Source: Octopus bimaculoides
Taxonomy: Eukaryota
Assembly: GCF_001194135.2 (NCBI RefSeq)
Contig: NC_068981.1
Coordinates: 148,563,499 to 148,601,485 of the forward strand
Length of the DNA: 37,987 nt
Direction: 5' to 3'
The notes beneath the pieces are model-generated. The model was not told the DNA's origin, did no database searches, and saw nothing but the letters and a program-made list of their open reading frames with translations. The translations under genes were made by a program, and so were the position numbers. Below are positions 11,398-21,302 of this stretch, in pieces; the first letter of the stretch is position 1; every line of letters starts with the position of its first letter.

Positions 11398-12305
11398 TCT
11401 AGTTAATCTGATTCACAAAATCTGCCTTTTTTAAAACACAGTAAAAAATCTGAAAATCGGCTATAGTTATGTAGTCTTCCACTCTTATTGCTATGAAGGT
11501 ATGATGTTGTAGAGAAAAAATTGGAGGAAAAATTTACAGAGGTTTAAAAATCGAAAAAACTGTGTATTTTTAGCCAATAGCGAGACAGATATTTTCTGCG
11601 TTTAGCGGAGCAGTGTCAACTTTAAGGTTGTACCCTGTGAAATTTATAGTTTAGCGTCTGTGAAATGACCTGTTCATTGCAGGTTTCTAAACAAACAGAA
11701 ATGCCTAATAAAATCAACATGTATCATCTTACTGTTTCATTTATCTCTTCATTGATTGTATGCTTTTATTATTTTATAAAAATTGTTATATTAATATATT
11801 TGTCTTCATGTGTTTACTTTATGCGTATTTCAATATTATGTACACCTGTCATGTATTTGTGTACATCATTAATATATAAGTGCATGCGTGAGCGTGAGTG
11901 TGTGTGTGTGTGTGTGTGTCCAAATCTCCAAAGTTGAGTAACGCTTTCATGTTTGGGTTTGTAAACTACGATATGAATAGCACTTGCCAAAAATATGTAA
12001 CATACTAACACACAGAAAGTTAAAACAAAACACGCGAGTGAAATGAATATCGTGGTGTGAAGAATCAACACAGAACAACGTGCGGTTGTCATGGTAACAA
12101 GCTGTTAATACCTCGCTGTCTGTTGATTGGCTAGAACTACCCACATTTCCCAACTTTAATTCCAAATAGTATCAGGTTCTTTAATTTACGAGATAAAGTA
12201 ATTGGTTGATCGTAATCAAAATTCAGAGTTGCATCGATACACCAAAATTGAAAGCAATCTGAGCAAAATTAAAGGGAGCTTATTTTGTGAATGAAACTAA
12301 CTAGA
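11398..12305. mobile_element. Non-autonomous DNA transposon with about 24-bp TIRs, inserted in the linker of a B SINE
   Basis: Left tctagttaatctgattcacaaaat (11398-11421); right reverse complement tctagttagtttcattcacaaaat (12282-12305); 21/24 match. Outermost bases may be a TA or CTAG target duplication. Confidence 0.75.
12085..12132. promoter_or_regulatory. RFX X-box plus CCAAT/NF-Y motif pair inside the TIR element
   Basis: GTTGTCATGGTAAC (12085-12098) fits the RFX consensus; TGATTGGCT (12124-12132) is an inverted CCAAT box. Motif match only. Confidence 0.45.
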
Positions 12306-12312
12306 TCCTCCA

Positions 12313-12355
<43 letters not shown>

Positions 12356-12371
12356 CGGGCTNNNNNNNNNN

Positions 12372-12406
<35 letters not shown>

Positions 12407-12409
<3 letters not shown>

Positions 12410-12551
12410 CGGGCTTCTTTCAGTTTCCATCTCCCAGATCCGCTCACAAAACTTTGGTTGAACTGAGGCTATAGTAGGCCACGCAGTGGGACTGGACCCA
12501 GAACCCTATGGCTGGGAAGCAAGTTTCTTACCATACAGTCACGCATGCGCC
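12407..12551 (-). mobile_element. Family B SINE 5' half with an 18-nt deletion in the CORE-like segment
   Basis: cgacgggcttctttcagtttcc...gaggctatagtag|gccacgcagtggg (the aagacacttgcNcaaggt segment is missing)...cttaccatacagtcacgcatgcgcc. Confidence 0.88.
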
Positions 12552-12712
12552 AACATTCATTCATACATACATACATACATATACAGGCATGCCTGTATAT
12601 GCCTGTATACACTCTAAGTCTTTCTCCTATTCTTCTTATGTCCTCTTCAAGAAGAAAAATATACAGTAGCTATTAGTAACTGACTCTTGTATATATCGGC
12701 TCTCCTAAACAT

Positions 12713-12847
12713 TTAGACCCTCTGATGAAGCCTAGAGGCACACTCAACATCCAAACTCTATCTACCCATCCCTACAGAACACTGAAGAGATGGAGCTAGC
12801 ATGGAGAATATCGTGGCCGCTTGGCAGAAACGGCCGTAAGGAACTGA
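12713..12847 (+). ncRNA. Candidate type I hammerhead ribozyme with expanded stem II
   Basis: CUGAUGA at 12722-12728; GAAAC-GGCC-GUA at 12827-12838; stem I CCU/AGG plus a 2x2 internal loop plus 4 bp; GCC/GGC stem II. Folded by eye. Confidence 0.5.
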
Positions 12848-13026
12848 TCTTTTAATCTTTTACTCTTTTATGTATTACTAGTATATATTTGTGCAGCAAA
12901 CAGTCTTTGCATGCGTATGTATTCTTATAATACTCCCTCTTGTTTTGGAATAAAACGACATTATAGAATGTTTACCGGCTAATGTATGTCATTTTTGTAT
13001 CCCCTCCATTTTCTTTTTGCCTTCTT

Positions 13027-13383
13027 CACTGCCTTTAGTCGAACAAATCGACCCCAGGACTTATTCTTTATAAGCCTAGTACTTATTCTATCGGTCTCTT
13101 TTGCCGAACTGCTAAGTTACGGGGACGTAAACACACCAGCATCGGTTTTCAAGCGATGTTGGGGCGACAAACACAGACACACAAACACACACACACACAT
13201 ATATACATATACATATATACGACGGGCTTCTTTCTGTTTCCGTCTGCCAAATCAACTCACAAGGCTTTGGTCGGCCCGAGGCTATAGTAGAAGACACTTG
13301 CTCAAGGTGCTACGCAGTGGGACTGAACACAGAACAATGTAGTTGGTAAGCAAGCTACTTACCACCCAGCCTCTCCTGTGCCT
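13027..13383 (-). mobile_element. Family B SINE, near full length
   Basis: Both halves and an internal (CA)/(TA) linker; the extreme 3' tail is missing. Confidence 0.95.
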
Positions 13384-13554
13384 ATATATATTTATATATA
13401 TGTATGTATGTCAGTATGTATATATATATGTGTATGTGTATAAATAAATATATATAAAAGGTAGATCATGCCTGTGTTAATTATTTAAAGTTAATTCAAA
13501 TTAAAAAGTTATTTAAATTTCTGCCTCGTGGGGACTTTACACGCTACTATGCTG

Positions 13555-13705
13555 CTGTTGTTGTTTAAAACCATGTCAGCGATGAAACAGCAGATCCATA
13601 GATCAAAATAATCCCGCTCTAAAAATATCGACATTTTGTTTTTAGACAGGACGGTGTGAGCGTAGGGAAATTTTGCTGCTATCTCTAGCAGATCGAGCAA
13701 CTAGG
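13555..13705 (-). mobile_element. Family E repeat (SINE-like, (AAC)n-type tail), degenerate
   Basis: gaaattttgctgctatctctagcagatcgagcaactagg (13667-13705) matches 22646-22688 and the reverse complements of 32719-32740 and about 34587-34635; begins with gttgttgttt. Confidence 0.6.
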
Positions 13706-14244
13706 TTATGGCAGCAACTTCAGTGACTCTGTAACTAAGTGATTTAAGTACAACGTGGAGATCTTTGAAAGAAAGGAGATATAAAATGTTGACGTTCATA
13801 ATTTTTGTCAAGAATGTTAGAGACTTCATTGAAGTGAGAAGTAGAGGTAATTTTATTTTGTAAGGCATTGATGGATAAGGTAGTAGCAAGTAAGAATCGA
13901 AACTGGGTCGCAGAGAACTTAACGCCATAGTAGTACGGCGCCCACAACAAGTAGGGTTTATGATAATGAACGCTTTCCTGGTTTTCGAGGGACTGATGTG
14001 GCGACACCAAGTCTGCTTCTGGCAGCATTGCTGACAGAAAAGTCGTTCTGACGATGAAGATCCGCTCACATTTCTTTCTGCCCTTTTCCAAATGAGTTCG
14101 CTCGCTCGCATACGCAAATAACTGGCATTCACACGCATATACACACACAAAAAAAAAATTCTTACATTGAAGCATATATGAACATATATACATACACACA
14201 CACAAACACATATATATATATGTATGCACACACACATATACATT

Positions 14245-14313
<69 letters not shown>

Positions 14314-14339
14314 CACAGAGAATCATATATATATATCCA

Positions 14340-14400
<61 letters not shown>

Positions 14401-14401
14401 G

Positions 14402-14438
<37 letters not shown>

Positions 14439-14884
14439 ACTCATATGTATATATATACTTATACATACACACACGAACACGCTTCTACACAGGGTAACAT
14501 AGATATACACATTTTAATATATGTATATAATTACAGACATACACGAATGAATGCAGCATACACCTATCTGCGTGCATTCACCCATATACCAAATACATAA
14601 AATCTCAGATAAACTCACTCCATACTATATAACTTTATAAGTGTATAACATGTATAAGTGTATGAGTGTGTGCGAATGTGCGCATATGTATGTGTATGCG
14701 TGTACATACAAATCCCTATACATACACACGCACACTACGAACGCATGCATACATGTATATATACCCTACTGTATATCTATCATTTAAGCCAGTGTATGTA
14801 AATGTGTGTGTGCGGTGTGTGTGTGAATGAGTCGCGCATTTGGTAAGATTGTTCATTCTGGAAGGGAATGTTTATCTCGCACTC

Positions 14885-15040
14885 AAAATGCTTAGCGGCA
14901 TTTCGATTGTCCTTACGTTCTGAGTTCAAATTCCGTCGAGGTCGATAAATTAAGTACCAGTTGTGCACTGAAGTCGATGTAATCGACTGTCCCCTTTCCC
15001 CGAAATCCTGGCCTTGTGCCCAAATTTGAAATCAATATTT
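14885..15040 (+). mobile_element. Family A SINE, 5'-decayed, with internal deletion
   Basis: aaatgcttagcggcatttcg...gaggtcga|taaattaagtaccag...ctggccttgtgcccaaatttgaaa. Confidence 0.88.
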
Positions 15041-15081
15041 ATATCTCACATAAAATGGATGTCGTGTTAGAACATATAATA

Positions 15082-15699
15082 CTGTGTCATTTACCACGAG
15101 GACACTTTTCGTATGGACTTGTGGTATATAAGCACGCATATCTATGTTGCCAGATCACGTGATTTCACCCTTCCTTAACCATGTCAATGGCAGATATCTG
15201 GTTAAACATAGTAGACGACTCTCCCGTCAGCGATATATAGAATCTCTGTGTCTATTCAGACACTGTTGTGACATACGACAGGGTCTCTCATGGTTGTTGG
15301 CACTCCGTCGGTTACGACGACGAGGGTTCCAGTTGATCCGATCAACGGAACAGCCTGCTCGTGAAATTAACGTGCAAGTGGCTGAGCACTCCACAGACAT
15401 GTGTACTCTTAACGTAGTTCTCGGGGGAGATTCTGCGTGACACAGAGCGTGACAAGGCTGGCCCTTTGAAATACAGGTACAACAGAAACAGGAAGAAAGA
15501 GTGAGAGAAAGTTGTGGTGAAAGAGTATAACAGGGTTCGCCACCACCCCCTGCCGGAGCCTCGTGGAGCTTTAGGTGTTTTCGCTCAATAAACACTCACA
15601 ACGCCCGGTCTGGGAATCGAAACTGCGATCCTACGACCGTGAGTCCGCTGCTCTAACCACTGGGCCATTGCGCCTCCTCTCTCATGGTAAATAACACAG
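15082..15699. mobile_element. TA-flanked MITE (Tc1/mariner-type, about 224 bp native) interrupted by a family C SINE
   Basis: Left TA|ctgtgtcatttaccacgaggacacttttcgtatg; right (reverse complement, SINE removed) TA|ctgtgttatttaccatgagagaccctgtcgtatg; about 35-bp imperfect TIRs with an internal inverted repeat. Confidence 0.75.
15295..15677 (-). mobile_element. Family C SINE, full length, 11-bp TSD
   Basis: tRNA-like head on the minus strand (ggaggcgcaatggcccagtggttag...gtttcgattcc), short AAC tail, perfect TSD tctctcatggt at 15284-15294 and 15678-15688. Confidence 0.95.
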
Positions 15700-15945
15700 T
15701 AATCTGTGTTCGAATACAACCTCCACTTTAATTCGGAGATAAATATTAACTTTTGGTATTAATACTACTTTTGATGCTATTAATCATTGTTTGTTTCGGA
15801 CATTTACAATCTAAGTTCAAATCATACCGATGTGAATGTTGCCTTGTACCGATGTAAAGTTGTAGGTTCATAGATATAATCAGCCGCTCCTTAAATATAT
15901 ACAAGTGCCCCTAAGCCGATGATACACACACGCATACATGTATGT

Positions 15946-16331
15946 TTTTGGCACTCCGTCGCTTACGACGTCGAGGGTTCCAGTTGATCCGATCAACGGA
16001 ACAGCCTGCTCTTGAAATTAACGTGCAACTGGCTGAGCACTCCACAGACATGTGTACCCTTAACGTAGTTCTCAAGGATATTTTGCGTGACACAGAGTAT
16101 GATAAGGCTGGCCCTTTGAATTACAGGTACAACAGAAACAGGAAGTAAGAGTGAGAGAACGTTGTGGTGAAAGAGTACATCAGGGTTCGCCACTCCCCCC
16201 CCCCTGCCGGAGCTTCGTGGAGCTTTAGGTGTTTTCGCTCAATAAACACTCACAACGCCCGGTCTGGGAATCGAAACCTAGATCCTATGACTGCGAGTCC
16301 GCTGCCCTAACCACTGGGCCATTGCGCCTCC
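15946..16331 (-). mobile_element. Family C SINE, full length, 10-bp TSD
   Basis: Collinear with 15295-15677; perfect TSD acatgtatgt at 15936-15945 and 16332-16341. Confidence 0.95.
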
Positions 16332-16632
16332 ACATGTATGTGTATATGCAATGTAATACACACTCACACGTCAGCTTTGGACAGTACTGCATTCAGTAAC
16401 CACATTCTCCATCTCCAAATTGCGGTCAGTTACTTCTTTGGCCATGCAACGACACACATGCTTTTCTCCGGACTACCTTCTCCTTCTACCTTTACCACTT
16501 CTCTGGTCTTTTCCCTCAATCCAACGAAGAGCCATACCCGAAAAGTCATTTCTCGTCTTATTTTCCATCCAACACTTTCGCTGAGCGTCAGTCCAAACAA
16601 ATTTTGCTGTTTTTTTCCTGTTTTTATTTTGC

Positions 16633-16683
<51 letters not shown>

Positions 16684-16747
16684 CATTTACTATTAAAAGT
16701 CAGAAAAAAGAGTGCTCAAAACCATAGTAGAGGTTAATGATGTTTCA

Positions 16748-16951
<204 letters not shown>

Positions 16952-17201
16952 CACAAAAGAGCGAAAATATATTGTCAGCGACATAATACATTAATACACT
17001 GCATGATTAATACACGAAATTTTTTTCGTGTTCGACCCTCGCAGCTATAAATTGGATATACCATAGGAAGTGAATAACATGAATTATTGTGGTCTTAACG
17101 GGACAATTTAGTTAGCCAGGTTCAATTTCTACAGAGTACTCAAAAAGGTATTCAGCTGGATTTATTCAATCACTATTTTCCTTCGTTATACTAAATATTT
17201 G

Positions 17202-17247
<46 letters not shown>

Positions 17248-17880
17248 TATATATATATATATTCAAATATACATGTATATATATTCACCTCTCGTACTAA
17301 ATACCTCTACAGCCCACGCGATATTATAATATGGGTGCGTGTGCTTGCGTGTGTGTGTATACATATACATATATGTATATATATATGCATCTTATGTGTG
17401 TATATGTATATGTGTGTATGTATTTCTGTGTGTGTGTGTGTGTGTGGAACAGACTAATGAAACTTATATGAAGCTATACTTACAAATGGACGAGAAAACC
17501 CATACAAATGTACGCACGTCAATACACACACACACACACACACGCACACATACATACATACACTTATACACTCACAAATGTGGTGTTATTTATTAATCGT
17601 CGGTACGGTGACGTGAACTTAATTTTATCTCGATGTAGATTTACAATCTTTAAAATAGTCAAATAAGAGAAAGACAGACATACAAACTAATAAGTTGTTA
17701 GATAGATATATAAATATATAAAAAGGCAGATGAATAAATAAGTAGATAGAAAAAGAATATACGAATTGGGATGCTTGAGTGTAATGGAAGTTAAGTGAGA
17801 CGTATGAGTGAAAGTGTAACAGTAAGGCGTGCGCACACGCATTCACGCACGTACACGCGCGCACACGCGCACTCACACAC

Positions 17881-18460
17881 ATGCATATATGGGTACAGGA
17901 CATCAAAAAACGTGGACAAAATGAGAAACGAGAACATAAACAACAAAAACATAGAAAACGAACTTTTTCTCTCTCACTCTTCCTTCTTGACTCTCTCGTT
18001 GCTCACACGTAACTAACGGCCATCCATCTTTCTTTCTTCCACTTCCTTCCTAAAGACAAGACGTGCTTTTATCTGTCTCTTCTCAAAGTTAGTTTTTCCA
18101 ACGTTCATCACTTCACATTGTATTGGCTTAACAGCCCTCACCGTTTGTTTTTACTGTTTTGTCCTCACTGTCCTGCTTTTGTTACCACTTTCACCCTCCG
18201 TAAAAAATCCCAAATTTTATTTAATTTGCTTTGCGGGAAGGACTGTTTTAACGAAGTTGCGTCTTGTCCTTACCTTCGAAACGCGGAGTAGATAAATCAG
18301 GGGACAAGTGATGAAGAGAATGTTCTTTATGTTGCATGTCTCGTTTCTCTGTTTGTTATCTTTTCGTTGTTCAAAAAGTTCGTTTTCTATGTTTTTGTTT
18401 TTTATGTTCTCGTTTCTCATTTTGTTCACGTTTTTTGATGTCCTGTACCCATACATGCAT
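17881..18460 (+). mobile_element. Penelope-like (PLE) terminal-repeat remnant with an inverted partial duplication
   Basis: 88-bp inverted repeats 17881-17968 and 18373-18460 (3 mismatches) around a 404-nt spacer containing CGAAACGCG and a hammerhead-like core; no ORF. The PLE assignment is inferred from these hallmarks. Confidence 0.55.
18257..18318 (+). ncRNA. Candidate non-circularly permuted (pseudoknotted) hammerhead ribozyme; this copy has C3>G
   Basis: GUC at 18261-18263; stem I UUGUCC (18264-69)/GGACAA (18302-07); GAAA at 18278-81; stem III ACGC (18281-84)/GCGU (18259-62); core GUGAUGA at 18308-14; stem II GAG/UUC after one extra A. Confidence 0.6.
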
Positions 18461-18575
18461 GCATATATATACATATATGTAGGTATGTAGATATATGTAT
18501 GTATATATGCGTATCTCTATATATTATTTATACTATTATATGATCGAACGCCACACATCCTTTTCCAAGTAAGTT

Positions 18576-18651
<76 letters not shown>

Positions 18652-18836
18652 ATATATATATATATATATACTTATACAGATACAAGTCGCTATGAGTATG
18701 AATGCCTATAATATGTCAATGAATGTTATTACATATATTATATATATACTCCGGTTTGTTTCTTAAATTTCTGAACCAAAAGAGAAAGAGCCAGATTTTA
18801 ACCTAGAAATAAGTTTATTGGAATTTAGACATCAAC

Positions 18837-18884
<48 letters not shown>

Positions 18885-19036
18885 CGCATCACTACGAGTG
18901 TATATGTACACATTACAGGATAAACCAATAGCTGTAGTGATATTATGTACGTACATATGTTTGTACGTACGTACTTTTGTATGTATGTATGAACGTGCGT
19001 ACGTTTGTATGTGTGTGTGTGTATGTGTATGTGTGT

Positions 19037-19081
<45 letters not shown>

Positions 19082-19754
19082 CATGTGTAAATACATATGT
19101 GAATACATATATTTACCAAATATCTCAAGCGAATGATTATATTTATACCAGCGCTAGCGGCGGCGGCGAAGACCCAAAATTGATGAATTACTCCTTACGT
19201 TTTTTTTTATTGTTTATATTAAACAAGACAACCTACAACTTTCTCTACACTTCAACTGGCATCATGTAACTCGTCATTTGTTTTTTTTTTCTTTCCCCAG
19301 TTAGGATTAGGATGGAATTCCTAGATAATAATACACTACTCGCATTAACTATCAACAGGAAAACACACCAACAAAAAAAAAAAGGGGGGAATTATACTGA
19401 ATGAAGAAGAACTCTCAGTAGCTGCCAATGTGTTTGATGGGCAGCTATGTTGAATTTTTGTGACATAAAACTATGTCTGTTGCTTTCAACAGTTGGTTTA
19501 GAAAACCAAATCTACGCCCGTTTCTGCATTTTCTATATTTTCAAAAAAATTTTAATGAAGTGATTTTATTAGAATTATCTGCTTTCGTTGCTGTGCTGAG
19601 GTTTTTAACACCCCCGAGAATCTTTTTCTTTTTTATCTGCTAATTGCATGGGAATTTTTCAGCTCTGTATATTAAATGTGTGAAACGCTACCATGTTTGC
19701 ATTTCGTTATACAGAACATTTTTCAGAGGTATTTTTTCGTTTGCCACACTGTAT

Positions 19755-19975
19755 ATATAATAATTCCTAACACTGGCACAGGGCCAAGAAATTGGATAGA
19801 CGTAGAGTCGATTATATCGACCCCATTACTTAACTGGTACTTTATTTTGTAGGAACTAGAACTGGAAGGATCAAACACAGACTTGACCTCGCTAGAATTT
19901 GAACCCAGAACATAATGAACCCCACCAAGTACTGCACAGCATTTTGTCTGATTCTCCAGCGATCCTACCGAATCC
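19755..19975 (-). mobile_element. Family A SINE, degenerate
   Basis: tggcacagggcc...agtcgattatatcgacccca...aactggtactttatttt...gacctcgctagaatttgaacccagaac...agcattttgtc. Confidence 0.8.
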
Positions 19976-20312
19976 CTAAATAAATACAAAATGCAACTAA
20001 AGGAAAATGCTATATGGAAGAATACCAACAATTCTGATACTGCATTTAAATATATATATATATATATATATATANNNNNNNNNNNNNNNNNNNNNNNNNN
20101 NNNNNNNNNNNNNNNNNNNNNNNNNNNNNNNNNNNNNNNNNNNNNNNNNNNNNNNNNNNNNNNNNNNNNNNNNNNNNNNNNNNNNNNNNNNNNNNNNNNN
20201 NNNNNNNNNNNNNNNNNNNNNNNNNNNNNNNNNNNNNNNNNNNNNNNNNNNNNNNNNNNNNNNNNNNNNNNNNNNNNNNNNNNNNNNNNNNNNNNNNNNN
20301 NNNNNNNNNNNN

Positions 20313-20339
<27 letters not shown>

Positions 20340-20346
<7 letters not shown>

Positions 20347-20545
20347 TGTTTGTACCCCCAGCATTGTTTGACAACCGATGTTGGTGTGTTCACGTCCCCG
20401 TAACTTAGCAGTTCGGCAAAAGAGACGATAGAATACGTACTAGGCTTACAAAGAATACGTCCTGGGGTCGATTTCTTCGACTAGAGGTGGTACTCCAATA
20501 TGGCCCCAGTCAAATGACTGAAACAAGTAAAAGAATTAAAGAATA
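20340..20545 (+). mobile_element. Family B SINE 3' half (5' half may lie in gap 20075-20312)
   Basis: tttgtacccccagc...ggcaaaagagacgatagaatacgtactagg...gtcaaatgactgaaacaagtaaaagaa. Confidence 0.92.
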
Positions 20546-20850
20546 TATATGTATGTATATATACACACACACATATATATGTACGTATGTATGTATGTAT
20601 GTATGTATGTATGTATGTATGTATATTTCCCGACGTATGCTTATACCTCATTCTTTGTTATGCTTTTCTGTGCGTATATATTTGTGCAAACGCTTTCCCA
20701 AATAAAATTGCACTTCATTTTAAAACTGCAGTGAAGTTATAGGATGATAATACAAACATTCAACTATGAGTGCACTGCAATTAATTGCAGAAACGGCTGT
20801 AAGCTAATGAGGTTCACGACATAATTTCATGTTCCCTTGTCATTTTAATT

Positions 20851-20899
<49 letters not shown>

Positions 20900-20920
20900 A
20901 ACACACACACATACACATAT

Positions 20921-21302
20921 TCTTTTATTCTTTTATTTGTTTCAGTCATTTGACTGTGGCCATGCTGGAGCTCCATCTTTAGTCGAGCAAATCGATCCCA
21001 GGACTTTTCTTTGTAAGCCTAATACTTATTCTATCGGTCTCTTTTGCCGAACCGCTAAGTTACGGGGACGTCAACACACCAGCATCGGTTGTCAAGTGAT
21101 GTTAGGGGTACAAACATAGACACACAAGCATACATACACATATAGACGACGGGCTTCTTTCAGTTTCCGTCTGTCAATTCCACTCACAAGACTTTGGTCG
21201 ACCCGAGGCTATAGTAGAAGACACATGCCTAAGGTACCACGCAGTAGGATTAAACCCGGAACCTTGTGGTTGGTAAGCAAGCTACTTACCACACAGCCAC
21301 TC
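20921..21302 (-). mobile_element. Family B SINE, near full length
   Basis: Complete 3' tail, short linker, CORE-like segment and tRNA head. Confidence 0.95.

Noticed and set aside
12313-12415. Tandem duplication of (CA)n-CGACGGGCT
   Set aside because: The two copies straddle a 10-N gap; most likely an unmerged contig overlap.
13509-14243. Stop-codon readthrough or recoding across the single TAG joining ORFs 13701-14243 and 13509-13700
   Set aside because: The downstream part lies in a family E repeat and the upstream start lies in microsatellite, so a continuous protein is unlikely.
15144-16193. Duplicated ORFs with LALRRLRRRGFQLIRSTEQP
   Set aside because: Both are read from the two family C SINE copies.
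15600-16331. tRNA genes at SINE heads (family C; also A, B, D)
   Set aside because: A/B-box-like motifs are present but there is no complete cloverleaf, and each continues into a SINE body, with TSDs in the C copies.
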